64,000 nt of DNA from Elusimicrobiota bacterium (GTDB lineage Bacteria; Elusimicrobiota; Elusimicrobia; Elusimicrobiales; UBA9959), in the NCBI GenBank assembly GCA_027340875.1, contig DAIENX010000008.1:44284-108283 (forward strand), read 5' to 3'. Under the pieces are notes generated by a model. It did not search any database, had not been told where the DNA came from, and was given only the letters and a program-made list of their open reading frames with translations. Positions 37,103 through 46,690 of the stretch are shown here, piece by piece (positions within the stretch are counted from its first letter, which is position 1; each line of letters starts with the position of its first letter). The translations under genes and the position numbers were made by a program.

Positions 37103-39283
37103 TTATTTTCCTCCCGCGAAACTGTCTATCCTGTTGAAATCTATGTTCGCGCCTTTCTGCGCTGCTTCCCGGATGATCCTTCCGCTGTCCTTGGGGCTGA
37201 TCATCTTGAACTCCGGCGCGGTCATCTTGCCCTCGAGCGTGAAGGCCAGGGCCGGCTTGCCGCTGGAGTCCGTGAGAGCCTCCGGCAGGCTGCCCATGGA
37301 AGAGTACTTACCAGACATTGTATAAATTTTTACCTTCATGGTCTCGTTCTTAAAATCCAGCATGCCGGAGACGAAGGCGGAGAAGTCCTTGCCTTCCATG
37401 TAGAAGTTCTTTATCTCCACCTTGCCGTCGTCCACCGAGTAATCGCCGCCTATGGAGTTGAAGGACACGTCCTTGACCTTGTAGTCGAACTTGAGCGCGC
37501 CGACGCGGTTCATCCGGTGGATGAAGGTCAGCGGCAGTGAGAAGAGGTAGTAGACATGGTCCTCCTCGGAAGTCTTCTGCACGTCGTAGAACGTGCCGGC
37601 GCCGGCCTTGACGGAGATGTCGCCCTTTATCTTCGAGATGTCCCCGGATATGTCCTTCAGGGTGCCGGCCAGGTAGAAATCCTCGGCGTTCATATAATCG
37701 TGGCGGAAGCGGCCGGCCTTGTAGAGCACCTTCACGGAGGAGTATCCGATAGGGATGGAGTTCTTCAGCTTCTTGAGCCAGGCGAGGTCGGAGTCGAACT
37801 CCGGCATGCCGACGCGCGGGCCCCGCAGGTCCCGGATGTCGAAGACCAGCTTCTTGAGGCTCGAGAAGAGGAGGTCTTCCGAATATCCGATGAAGTCCAC
37901 GCTGCGCTCCGCGGTCAGCGGCCGTCTGATGACGGCCCTGCCCTTGGCAGGGCCGCCGTTGAATTTGCCGGAGTACTTCAGCAGGAAGCCGTCCTTCAGG
38001 AACTCGGTGTCGAGCTTCAGGCCGGCCAGGGTGTTATCGCCGAGCACCAGTCTCCCGCGGGAGGTGGAGATGTAGCTGTTCCGGATGTCGTCCGAGATCA
38101 GCGCGGCGAGGTCGAGATTGGAGACGTTCAGCTTCCGGTATGAGAAGCCGGCCCCGGCGGTGTTGAGGAAGGCCCTGGAGAAGACAGGCCTGCCGTCGCG
38201 CGAGGCCAGCCGCAGGCGTACCTGGGCCTTGCCGACCGGCTTGTCCAGCGGCAGCACCGCCCCGTAACCTTTCAGCTTGTCCAGGGCCACCGGGGGGGCG
38301 GAGATCATGAAACTGTAGGTCAGGGTGGACCTGGACAGATCGAAGTCGCCCTCAGCCTTCAGGTCCAGCGGCTTCACGGAGACCGTCACCCTGGCCGAGG
38401 CTGTGGAGGGGAAAACGGAGCTTATCTCCCAGGCCGACTGCGGCGCCGAGAACCGGAACGGCGAGTCGAACAGGTAGGCGAGGTCGGTGTTCCTGAAGGA
38501 CGGCACTTCCGCCCTCAGGGAGAGCTCGGGGCGCCGGAGGTTCTTGACGTCGCCGGTGAAGCGGATGGTCTTGTCGAGCAGCGTGATGTCGGCCTTGAGG
38601 TCCTTGAGGCGCGATTCCTCCCAGTCGAAGCCGGCCAGGTTCACGCTGCCTTCCGCGTAGAGCCTGCCGGTCACCGGTTTGCGGAAGGCGTTGCTCTTGA
38701 AGAACACCGAGGCGTAGAAAGAGGTGTCCGTTCCCGGCTTGAAGCCGCTGAGGGTCGCGTTCAGGTTGTCGAAATTGTAATGCTTTCCGCTCTTCAGCAG
38801 TGAAACCTCGAGGCGGCCGTCCTTGATCTCGGCCGTATTGATGCTTTCCAGCAGGCCGCCTTTGCCGTTCTGGCGGTACGCGGCCAGGATGTCGCTTACG
38901 TTCCAGTTCCCGTCGCCCCGCTTCAGCAGCGTGATGGAAGGGGAAACAAGCACCACGCTGTCTATCTCCAGTTTGCGGTGCAGCAGCGGCGGCAGGCGGT
39001 AGGTGGCGTAGATATATTCCGCTTTCAGGAAGTCCACGGCCTCCGGGCCCGGCTCTACCACGCTGAGGCCCTTGATCTTTATCTCACCGGTGTAGGATAG
39101 CCTGGCCCACTCTATCTGTACCGGGCGTTTCATGATCTGCTGGAACTGATCGGTGACTATGGCCTTGACGTCGTCGGGCTTGAACATGACCCTGATGGTG
39201 AACATGGCGGTGGCAACGAGGCCGGCCGCCAGTATAAGCGGCAGGAAAATGACCCGCAATATCACCTGCTTGAACAGTTTCAT
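37103..39283 (-). CDS. AsmA-family protein
   Basis: N-terminal TM; LVSPSITLLKRGDGNWNVSD; beta-rich 726 aa. Confidence 0.7.
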   Translation of the reverse strand: MKLFKQVILRVIFLPLILAAGLVATAMFTIRVMFKPDDVKAIVTDQFQQIMKRPVQIEWARLSYTGEIKIKGLSVVEPGPEAVDFLKAEYIYATYRLPPLLHRKLEIDSVVLVSPSITLLKRGDGNWNVSDILAAYRQNGKGGLLESINTAEIKDGRLEVSLLKSGKHYNFDNLNATLSGFKPGTDTSFYASVFFKSNAFRKPVTGRLYAEGSVNLAGFDWEESRLKDLKADITLLDKTIRFTGDVKNLRRPELSLRAEVPSFRNTDLAYLFDSPFRFSAPQSAWEISSVFPSTASARVTVSVKPLDLKAEGDFDLSRSTLTYSFMISAPPVALDKLKGYGAVLPLDKPVGKAQVRLRLASRDGRPVFSRAFLNTAGAGFSYRKLNVSNLDLAALISDDIRNSYISTSRGRLVLGDNTLAGLKLDTEFLKDGFLLKYSGKFNGGPAKGRAVIRRPLTAERSVDFIGYSEDLLFSSLKKLVFDIRDLRGPRVGMPEFDSDLAWLKKLKNSIPIGYSSVKVLYKAGRFRHDYMNAEDFYLAGTLKDISGDISKIKGDISVKAGAGTFYDVQKTSEEDHVYYLFSLPLTFIHRMNRVGALKFDYKVKDVSFNSIGGDYSVDDGKVEIKNFYMEGKDFSAFVSGMLDFKNETMKVKIYTMSGKYSSMGSLPEALTDSSGKPALAFTLEGKMTAPEFKMISPKDSGRIIREAAQKGANIDFNRIDSFAGGK

Positions 39284-39981
39284 GACCTGATATATATTTT
39301 AGCAGTATTGACCAGATGCAGAGCGGCCGAATAGATGACGGAATATACGTAGCCTTGCGCCCGCAGGACGTGCCCGGCGTAAGCCTTCAGGCTCAGGAGG
39401 CCGGGGAACAGCAGCTTCAGCGCGGCCGCGAGGCCCAGGCAGTTGAGCAGCAGCAGCAGCGGCATCGAGAATAGCGGCCCGCCGGCGTTCCGGAGGTCGC
39501 TCTGTACCGGGCCGGCCAGGATATCTGCGGTATGAAGCAGGTGGAACGCCAGCGTGAAGCCTGCGGCGGCCAGGAACCACGGACGCAGTTGGGAGACGTC
39601 CCAGAGGCGGCCGGCGGCCCAGTAGGCGGCCGACACGGCCAGCGTATAGAACGGCACGAAATAGGGGGCAAGAGAGATGAAGGCGTTGCTGGAGTCGGTG
39701 AGGACGTAGCCGCTGTTCTTCCTGACGGAGATCTTGCGCACCCTGACGCCGCTGAATACGGCGGCCAGGGCGTGGGTCAGCTCGTGCGCGGCGACGTACA
39801 GGCTCTTGCCGCGGCCGGTCCAGTGGAAGGCCAGGCAGAGCAGCGCGCCGGCCAGCAGAGGGAGGGTCACGGAGAACCTGCCCAGTGCCGGCGCCAGCAC
39901 CGCGCCGGTGGCCCAGGCCCCGGCGAGGGCGGCCGGGGCCAGCGCTATGCCGATGGCGGGCTTCAGGAAGCGCATGGTCAA
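39280..39981 (-). CDS. Membrane metallopeptidase-like protein (M50B-like, HExxH)
   Basis: AHELTHALAA and ISLAPYF motifs; TM segments. Confidence 0.65.
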   Translation of the reverse strand: MTMRFLKPAIGIALAPAALAGAWATGAVLAPALGRFSVTLPLLAGALLCLAFHWTGRGKSLYVAAHELTHALAAVFSGVRVRKISVRKNSGYVLTDSSNAFISLAPYFVPFYTLAVSAAYWAAGRLWDVSQLRPWFLAAAGFTLAFHLLHTADILAGPVQSDLRNAGGPLFSMPLLLLLNCLGLAAALKLLFPGLLSLKAYAGHVLRAQGYVYSVIYSAALHLVNTAKIYIRS

Positions 39982-40445
39982 CGGAGCATCCAGTCCTCGG
40001 CGGTGACGCCTCGGCGCTTCAGTTCCTCTTTCCAGGCGGCCAGGGCGGAGTCCGCTTTGGCCGAGGCTTCCGCGGCCCAGGGGTTAAGGGGGGAACGGAA
40101 ATCCTCGGCCGCGGTCCTGTACCAGATATAGGCCTGTTTGGCTGAGCTCTCTTGGAGACGGAAATCGCGTTCCGCGGCGGCCAGCTCTGTCTGCCTCGCG
40201 GTCTCGGCCGCTGACAGCCTGCCGGCTTCGGCGTCGCGGGTTATCTTCTCGGCCCGCGATTTGTACAAACCGTCGAAATACGCCTTCTTGTCGTCGGGGC
40301 GGGTCAGCCAGTAATAGAACTTGTCGCCCCGCTTCATGGCGGAGCGGGAGCGCAGCGCCAGGTCGGCCGCGGCCAGCAGAAAAAAGGCCAGGACCGCGAG
40401 CGCGGTCCAGGCCGTGTATCTGAGGGCGCGGCTGCGCGCTGGCAC
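39978..40445 (-). CDS. Hypothetical membrane-anchored protein
   Basis: Contiguous in operon; N-terminal TM; genome-typical codon usage. Confidence 0.6.
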   Translation of the reverse strand: MPARSRALRYTAWTALAVLAFFLLAAADLALRSRSAMKRGDKFYYWLTRPDDKKAYFDGLYKSRAEKITRDAEAGRLSAAETARQTELAAAERDFRLQESSAKQAYIWYRTAAEDFRSPLNPWAAEASAKADSALAAWKEELKRRGVTAEDWMLR

Positions 40446-40447
40446 GC

Positions 40448-40867
40448 CTACCTCCTGAGCTGGGGCTGTGTCTTGAGGATCTTGTGGAGCAGCGAGATGA
40501 GTATCTGCGGCTTCACGGGCTTCTCTATGAATTCCCTGACGTTGGGCTCCTGGCGTATCATGTCGGAAGTGGAGCGGTCCGTGTAGCGGCCGGTGATTAT
40601 GACTATCGGTATGCTGCCGGTCTCGTCGGCCTGCAGTTCGCGCAGGATCTCGAAGCCGCCGAACTTGGGGAGCATCAGGTCGAGCAGGATGATGTCCGGG
40701 TTGACCGCCTTGGCCTTGGAGAGGGCCTCCTCTCCGTCCGCCGCTTTCTCTATGCGGAAGCCTTCCTTCTTGACTATGAACTCGATAAGCTCCCGGACCG
40801 AGTCGTCGTCGTCGACGATCAGCACCAGTTTATCGGCAGGCCGGCCGAAAGCGGGATTGTTGTCCAT
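40448..40867 (-). CDS. Single-domain response regulator
   Basis: LIVDDD, LLDLMLP and IEKP motifs. Confidence 0.92.
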   Translation of the reverse strand: MDNNPAFGRPADKLVLIVDDDDSVRELIEFIVKKEGFRIEKAADGEEALSKAKAVNPDIILLDLMLPKFGGFEILRELQADETGSIPIVIITGRYTDRSTSDMIRQEPNVREFIEKPVKPQILISLLHKILKTQPQLRR

Positions 40868-40893
40868 TAATTACCTCGATGCTCCCCGCGCGG

Positions 40894-41124
40894 CTAGATG
40901 TTGGTGGTGACCAGGGTCTCGGTGGTCTGCACGCCGTGTATGCCGCGCACTTCGCGGACTATCAGTCCGCTGAGCTTGTCGATCGTGTCGGACTCGGCCA
41001 CCAGGATGGCGTCCCAGCCGCCGAAGGTCATATAGACGTCCTTGACGCCGCGGATGCTCTTGATCTGCTGCACGGCCTTCTGTTCGAGGCCTGCCACCAG
41101 TTTGCAAAGCACGAAAGCTATCAT
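40894..41124 (-). CDS. Lrp/AsnC ligand-binding-domain protein (stand-alone)
   Basis: 76 aa; GVKDVYMTFGGWD...IHGVQTTETL. Confidence 0.85.
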   Translation of the reverse strand: MIAFVLCKLVAGLEQKAVQQIKSIRGVKDVYMTFGGWDAILVAESDTIDKLSGLIVREVRGIHGVQTTETLVTTNI

Positions 41125-41166
41125 GAGTTTGTCCTCCTGGGCTATGCCTGTGCCGTATCGGACGGC

Positions 41167-41868
41167 CTAGATCCGCTCGTTCCACTCGCGCGTGGCGTAT
41201 TTGGACGCCGCCAGCTCCGCGGTCCTGCTGCGGGCCTGGTCCGGCATTGCGGCGGTCTCCCACTGCAGGCCGAATTCCCCGCCCAAAGCGCTTATCACGG
41301 CGTTCCGGTGCGGACCCGAGTCGGCCCTGGCGTCCGGGGCCTGGAAGGAAGCCTGATAGAGCATGTAATCGCCCAGCTTGCGCAGGGCTCCTCCCAGTAC
41401 CTTTTTACCATTATACAAAATATCCATATTCACCGGTTTTGAGAAGCAGTCCATGACCGGGTCGTTTACGGCATAGTCTTGCGTCTTCTCGCTCAGCAGC
41501 CCGAAGCCCGCCCCGCGGCGGGCGTATTCCGCGGTTATCGCGCTGTGCAGGCGGTCGTAGACCTTGCCGGGCTCGAAGTAGACTCCGGGGGAGTGGAAGA
41601 TGAACGAGAAGGTCAGATCGGTCTCGTGGAATACTATGCCGCCGCCGGTGGGTCTGCGGACTATGGAGGCGATGGTGCAGCCGGCCGCGGCCACGGCCTC
41701 GCCGACGGCCCGGCGGCGCTGGGAATAGCCGAAAGTGATGCCGCGGTCCTTCCAGTTGAAGAAGCGCAGGACGTATTTAGCGGGCAGCGCCTCGCAGAGG
41801 GCCTCGTCGGCCGCCATCTGCTCGTAGACGTCCAGCGGCTGCGTCTCTATTATCAGTCCCTTTTCCAT
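41167..41868 (-). CDS. Lipoate-protein ligase/octanoyltransferase family (BPL/LplA catalytic domain only)
   Basis: QMAADEAL, VRRPTGGGIVFH and KKVLGGA motifs; downstream of gcv operon. Confidence 0.88.
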   Translation of the reverse strand: MEKGLIIETQPLDVYEQMAADEALCEALPAKYVLRFFNWKDRGITFGYSQRRRAVGEAVAAAGCTIASIVRRPTGGGIVFHETDLTFSFIFHSPGVYFEPGKVYDRLHSAITAEYARRGAGFGLLSEKTQDYAVNDPVMDCFSKPVNMDILYNGKKVLGGALRKLGDYMLYQASFQAPDARADSGPHRNAVISALGGEFGLQWETAAMPDQARSRTAELAASKYATREWNERI

Positions 41869-41899
41869 AACACTTCAATGTTCGCTATTCCGGCCCCGC

Positions 41900-42012
41900 A
41901 GGTGTCGTGTCGCAAAACACGGCGTCGCGCACACCGTGCGCGCGCCTCGGCACTCGGGCCTCGCGCTTACGCAAGCTCGGCCCTCCGCGACGGTTTTGCC
42001 GCCCCGACACCT
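41900..42012. repeat. Dispersed structured repeat, copy C
   Basis: Closing IRs AGGTGTCG/CGACACCT and GCAAAAC/GTTTTGC; core CACGGCGTCGCGCACACCGTGCGCGCGCCTCGGCACTCGGGCCTCGCGCTTACGCAAGCTCGGCCCTCCGCGACGG. Confidence 0.85.
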
Positions 42013-42029
42013 CCGGTGCCGGGCAAATC

Positions 42030-43478
42030 CTACCAGCGAAGGTTCGGCTGGCGGGCGGCCTGCACTTCGTCGAGGCGCTTGACCGGCTGCGTCACCGGCG
42101 CGTCCTTCAGCGTCTGCGGGTCCGCGACGCCCTGCGCGTGTATGTCCCTCATCGCGGCGACGAACTCGTCCAGCGTCTCCTTGGACTCGGTCTCCGTCGG
42201 CTCTATCATGATGGCCTCGTGGACTATCAGCGGGAAATACACCGTGGGGGCGTGGAAGCCGCGGTCCAGCAGGCCCTTGGCCACGTCCAGCGTCTTAAGC
42301 CCCTTGTCGGTCATGTCCTTGCCGGGCGTCAGCACGCACTCGTGCATGCAGTACTCCTTCGAGTACGGCGGGTAAAGGTCCTTCAGCTTCGCCGCCACGT
42401 AGTTGGCGTTGATTATCGCGGCCTCGGCTATTCCGCCCAGCTCCTTCGCGGAGTGGGCCAGCATGTACGCGTAGGCCCGGACCAGTATCCCTGTGTTCCC
42501 GAAGAAGGCCTTCACCTTGCCTATGCTGCGGCCGTCGCCAAAGTCGGAGACGTACCCGCCGTTCTCCTTTTTTACGGTCGGCACGGGCAGGAACGGGGCG
42601 AGGTGCTTCCGGCAGACTATGGCGCCCGCTCCGGGGCCGCCGCCGCCGTGAGGCGTGGAGAAGGTCTTGTGGAAGTTGAGGTGCATCATGTCCACGCCGA
42701 GGTCGCCCGGCTTCACCATTCCTATCAGCGCGTTCAGGTTGGCGCCGTCCATGTAGAGCAGCGCGCCGGCGTCGTGCACGGCCTTGGCTATCGCCTCTAT
42801 GTTGCTCTCGAAGATGCCCAGAGTGTTGGGGACGGTCAGCATCAGCACGGCGGTCCTGGGCCCGAGGTGCTTCTTCAGCTCCTCGACGTCCAGCCGGCCG
42901 TCCGGCTTTGAGGCGATGTTGACGGTGGTGAAGCCCATCATCGACGCGGTGGCCGGGTTGGTGCCGTGCGCGGAGTCCGGCACGATGATCTCGGTCCTGT
43001 CCTTCTGGCCTTTGTCCTCGAAGTAGGCCTTGGCCAGCAGCAGGCCGGTGAACTCGCTGTGCGCGCCGGCGGCGGGCTGCAGCGTTATGGCGTCCAGGCC
43101 GCAGAGCTCCGTCATGCGCGAGCCCAGGTCGTGCAGCAGCTCCAGGGTCCCCTGCGAACAGCTGTCGTGCGCGAGCGGATGCAGCGCGGCGAAGCCTTCC
43201 AGGCCGGCGGCCTCCTCGTTAAAGCGAGGGTTGTACTTCATCGTGCAGGAACCGAGCGGGTAGAAGTGCGTATCGACGGAGAAGTTCAGGCGCGACAGGC
43301 GCGTATAATGGCGCAGGACGTCGAACTCGGAAAGCTCGGGCAGCTTCGGCGCGGTCTTCCGGCGCAGGCCGGCGGGGATCTTCCCCTTCGCGCGCAGCGG
43401 GTTCTTGCAGAACAGGCCGCGGCGGCCGGGGTCGGACCTCTCTATGCTGAGACTGTTGTCGGTCACGGAGCAGATCAT
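42030..43478 (-). CDS. gcvPB: Glycine dehydrogenase (decarboxylating) subunit 2
   Basis: YPLGSCTMKYNP, HGTNPA and HLNFHKTFSTPHGGGGPG motifs; start MICSV at 43478. Confidence 0.96.
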   Translation of the reverse strand: MICSVTDNSLSIERSDPGRRGLFCKNPLRAKGKIPAGLRRKTAPKLPELSEFDVLRHYTRLSRLNFSVDTHFYPLGSCTMKYNPRFNEEAAGLEGFAALHPLAHDSCSQGTLELLHDLGSRMTELCGLDAITLQPAAGAHSEFTGLLLAKAYFEDKGQKDRTEIIVPDSAHGTNPATASMMGFTTVNIASKPDGRLDVEELKKHLGPRTAVLMLTVPNTLGIFESNIEAIAKAVHDAGALLYMDGANLNALIGMVKPGDLGVDMMHLNFHKTFSTPHGGGGPGAGAIVCRKHLAPFLPVPTVKKENGGYVSDFGDGRSIGKVKAFFGNTGILVRAYAYMLAHSAKELGGIAEAAIINANYVAAKLKDLYPPYSKEYCMHECVLTPGKDMTDKGLKTLDVAKGLLDRGFHAPTVYFPLIVHEAIMIEPTETESKETLDEFVAAMRDIHAQGVADPQTLKDAPVTQPVKRLDEVQAARQPNLRW

Positions 43479-44806
43479 ATGGCCTCCTTGACGGCGGCTT
43501 CGAGCTTCAGGATGTCGGCCCCTGTCTTGGTCTCGGTGGCGCAAACGAGCAGCGTCTCTCCGAGCTCGGGGTAGAGCGGTGCGAGAGGCAGGCCGATATC
43601 GATGCCTTTCGCGGCCAGCACCTTCTCGCGCAGCGCCGCGGCCGAGCCCGGCACCGCCAGCACGAACTCGTTGAAGAAGGGGGACTTGAACCTGAGCGAG
43701 CAGCCTTTGACCGCCGAGAGGCGCTCGGCGGCGAAGGCCGCCGCGCCGGCGTTGGCCTCGGCCAGCTCTTTCAGTCCCTCGGGACCGTAAAGCGCCGAGT
43801 AGATGGTGGCGGAGAGCGCGCAGAGCGCCTCGTTGGAGCAGATGTTCGAAGCGGCCTTGTCGCGGCGGATGTGCTGCTCGCGGGCCTGCAGCGTCAGCAC
43901 GAAGCCGCGCTTGCCGTCCTTGTCCTTGGTCATGCCGCAGATGCGCCCCGGCATCTGGCGGACGTGCTCCTTTTTGCAGGAGAACAGTCCCAGGTAGGGG
44001 CCGCCGTAGGCGAGCGGCAGGCCCAGGCTCTGGCCCTCTCCGACGGCGAAGTCGGCGCCGTATTCTCCGGGAGCGGCGAGGATACCGAGGCTGACCGGAT
44101 CGGCCGCCGCGACGAGCAGCGCGCCGGCCTTCTTCGCCAGGTCCGAGACGCCGGCCATGTCCTCTATGACCCCGAGGAAGTTGGGGGTCTGCACGGCGAG
44201 GCACGCCGCGCCCTCGAGCAGCCCGGGCAGCGCGGACTTGTCCATCGCGCCGTCCTTCATCGGGACCTTGACGTAGGAGTAATCGGGGGAGTGGGCGAAA
44301 TAGGTCTTCAGCGTGTCCATGTACTGCGGGTTCACTCCGGCCGAGTAGACTATCTTCTTCCTGCCGGTCACGCGCACCGCCGCGCGCACGGCCTCGGCGA
44401 AGGAGCTCGCGCCGTCGTACATCGACGCGTTAGCGCAGTCCATGCCGTACAGCGAGCAGACCGTGCTCTGGAACTCGTAGATGGCCTGCAGCGTGCCCTG
44501 GCTGGCCTCGGGCTGGTACGGGGTGTAGGCGGTCAGGAATTCCGTGCGGGAGGTGACCGCCTTGACCACGGCAGGCGTGTAACGCTCGTAGGCGCCGGCG
44601 CCGAGGAAGCTCAGCGGCCGGCAGTTGTTCTTGGAAAGCTCGGAGAGCCTGGCCGCGGCCTGGGCCTCGTCGAGGCTCTGCTGCGGCAGGTCGAGCTTGG
44701 GCCAGAGGAACTTGGAGGGGACCTGCTTCACCAGGTCCTCGAAGGAGGCTGCGCCGATGGCGCGCAGCATCTCCTTCTTGTCCGCTTCGGTATGGGGAAT
44801 GTACAT
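43475..44806 (-). CDS. gcvPA: Glycine dehydrogenase (decarboxylating) subunit 1
   Basis: TAYTPYQPEASQG, NASMYDG and REQHIRRDKAASNICSN motifs. Confidence 0.96.
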   Translation of the reverse strand: MYIPHTEADKKEMLRAIGAASFEDLVKQVPSKFLWPKLDLPQQSLDEAQAAARLSELSKNNCRPLSFLGAGAYERYTPAVVKAVTSRTEFLTAYTPYQPEASQGTLQAIYEFQSTVCSLYGMDCANASMYDGASSFAEAVRAAVRVTGRKKIVYSAGVNPQYMDTLKTYFAHSPDYSYVKVPMKDGAMDKSALPGLLEGAACLAVQTPNFLGVIEDMAGVSDLAKKAGALLVAAADPVSLGILAAPGEYGADFAVGEGQSLGLPLAYGGPYLGLFSCKKEHVRQMPGRICGMTKDKDGKRGFVLTLQAREQHIRRDKAASNICSNEALCALSATIYSALYGPEGLKELAEANAGAAAFAAERLSAVKGCSLRFKSPFFNEFVLAVPGSAAALREKVLAAKGIDIGLPLAPLYPELGETLLVCATETKTGADILKLEAAVKEAI

Positions 44807-44855
44807 GGGGGCTCCTGCTGTGAACGAAGGGAAAGCTGCCCGGGAGGCAGCGTCG

Positions 44856-44899
44856 CCGCGTCCGTCGCCGGGGAGCTGGTCCTCCGGCGACGGACGCGG
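44856..44899. other. Perfect 16-bp GC hairpin between gcvH and gcvPA
   Basis: CCGCGTCCGTCGCCGG-N12-CCGGCGACGGACGCGG; no U-tract. Confidence 0.7.
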
Positions 44900-44912
44900 G
44901 CGGCGGGGAACG

Positions 44913-45299
44913 TCAGTGCGAGGCCTGCTTCAGGAATTCCTGATAAGCGTTCCAGTCCATCAGCGAGGCGGACTCGCCCGGATCCGACGGCTTCATCTTG
45001 AAGATCCAGCCGTTCTCCAGCGGGGACTGGTTGAGGAGGGCCGGATCGCTGGTGACGGCCTCGTTGACCGCCGTGACCTCGCCCGAGACCGGCGCGTAGA
45101 TGTCGAAAGCCGATTTCACCGATTCCACCACGGCGCAGGGCTTCTCCTTCTCGAGCTTCTGGCCCACCTTGGGCAGCTCCACGAAGACCACGTCGCCCAT
45201 CTCGTGCTGGGCGTGGTCGGAGATGCCGACCGCGGCTTCGCCGCCGGGGTGGAACCACTCGTGCGTCTTGGCGTATTTCACTTCTTCGGGTTTGGGCAT
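44913..45299 (-). CDS. gcvH: Glycine cleavage system H protein
   Basis: HEW, VGISDHAQ and VESVKSA (lipoyl-Lys) motifs. Confidence 0.96.
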   Translation of the reverse strand: MPKPEEVKYAKTHEWFHPGGEAAVGISDHAQHEMGDVVFVELPKVGQKLEKEKPCAVVESVKSAFDIYAPVSGEVTAVNEAVTSDPALLNQSPLENGWIFKMKPSDPGESASLMDWNAYQEFLKQASH

Positions 45300-45338
45300 G
45301 TTATTCTCCTTGCGGAACTATAGCTGAAAACGTCCGGC

Positions 45339-46466
45339 TCACTTGCCGGTGTAGAGGTCCTTGCTGAAGGCGGTCCCCTTGTGGAACGGCACGCGGGAGA
45401 CCTCGGCCTTCACGCGGCGGCCGTGTATCTCCACCTCGAGCGCGGTACCCGGCTTCAGGTCCGGCGGGACGAGGTAGCCGACGCCTATGCCTTTCTTCAG
45501 CGTGGGGGAATAGGTGTCGCTGGCCAGGTCCCCGGCGTGCGCGCCGTCCTTGAAGACCTTGCAGCCGGGGCGCGGGACGCCGCCGGTGAGGGTGAGTCCG
45601 GTGAGTTTCCTGCCCACGCCGCCCTGCTTCTGCGCGGCCAGCACCTCGCGCCCGATGAAATCGCCCTTGTCCAGGGATACCACCCAGCCGTAGTTGGCCT
45701 CGTAGGTGGTGTGCTCGTCGTCCACGTCCTGGCCGTAGAGCAGGTAGCCGGACTCGAGGCGCAGCGTGTCGCGGGCGCCTAGTCCGCAGGGGACTATGCC
45801 GTAGGGCTTGCCCAGCTCCATCATCTTTTCCCAGACGCGGTCTATCACCGAATGGGGAGCGGTAACCTCGAAACCGTCCTCTCCGGTGTAGCCGGTGCGG
45901 CTGACGTAACAGTGCTCGCCGAAGAGGTCCTTCTCCACTATGCCGAAGCGCGGCAGCTTCAGCGCCTCGGGGGCGAACTGCTCGAACATCAGCGGTACCT
46001 TGGGCCCCTGCACTGCGACCATCGAAAAATCCTCGCTCCGGTTCTCTATCTTCACCAGCATCCTGGCCGACTGGGCCTTGAACCATTCGTAATCCTTGGT
46101 CGATGTCGCCGCGTTGACTATCACGAGATAGCGGTCGGCCGCCAGGCAGAAAGCGATGATGTCGTCCACCAGGCCGGCCTTCTCGTTGGTGACGTGGGAG
46201 TAGACTCCTTTGCCGGGGGTGGCCTTGCGCAGGTCGTTGGCGTTGGTCAGCTGCAGCAGTTTGAAGGCGTCGGCGCCTGTCACGAAGACCTGGCCCATGT
46301 GGGAGACGTCGAAGATCCCGGCGGAGGCGCGTACGGCCTCGTGTTCCTTCAGGATGCCGGCGAACTGTATAGGCAGCTCCCAGCCGTGGAAGTCCACCAT
46401 CTTACCGCCGTACTTCCTCATGGTCTCGTTGAGCGCGGTTCGGCGAAGGGTGGTTTCGGTGGACAT
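45339..46466 (-). CDS. gcvT: Glycine cleavage system aminomethyltransferase T
   Basis: FDVSHMG, RTGYTGEDGFE and GLGARDTLRLE motifs; ATG at 46466 after GGAGGAG. Confidence 0.96.
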   Translation of the reverse strand: MSTETTLRRTALNETMRKYGGKMVDFHGWELPIQFAGILKEHEAVRASAGIFDVSHMGQVFVTGADAFKLLQLTNANDLRKATPGKGVYSHVTNEKAGLVDDIIAFCLAADRYLVIVNAATSTKDYEWFKAQSARMLVKIENRSEDFSMVAVQGPKVPLMFEQFAPEALKLPRFGIVEKDLFGEHCYVSRTGYTGEDGFEVTAPHSVIDRVWEKMMELGKPYGIVPCGLGARDTLRLESGYLLYGQDVDDEHTTYEANYGWVVSLDKGDFIGREVLAAQKQGGVGRKLTGLTLTGGVPRPGCKVFKDGAHAGDLASDTYSPTLKKGIGVGYLVPPDLKPGTALEVEIHGRRVKAEVSRVPFHKGTAFSKDLYTGK

Positions 46467-46549
46467 GGCTCCTCCAGTCACTCTGTTTTTCTTATCGGGA
46501 ATAATAAATTTATAACAAATTTACGAAAAGGCGGGCAAGGACGGCGGTC

Positions 46550-46632
46550 TGACATGCGCTCCGTTCGCTTATGGCCGTGCGCTCCGGCCGCGCGGTTCCT
46601 GCGCACTAAAATCGCTCACGGAGAGCATGTCA
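46550..46632. repeat. Long intergenic hairpin between divergent gcvT and greA-like genes
   Basis: TGACATGC(G)CTCCGT/ACGGAG(A)GCATGTCA outer stem; inner GTGCGC/GCGCAC. Confidence 0.65.
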
Positions 46633-46690
46633 TCCCTGGGTATTAACGGGAGTTTATTGCGGAAATTCCGGTATTTTGTATTATGGGGGT

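Noticed and set aside
43479..44204. Upstream extension of gcvPB (724-aa ORF), and the similar 59679-61157 ORF
   Set aside because: Alternate-frame overlap with gcvPA and gapN respectively; real starts are at 43478 and 59801.
46467..46690. Glycine riboswitch upstream of gcvT
   Set aside because: No GGAGA...CCGAAG...CTCTCAGG aptamer signature on the minus strand.
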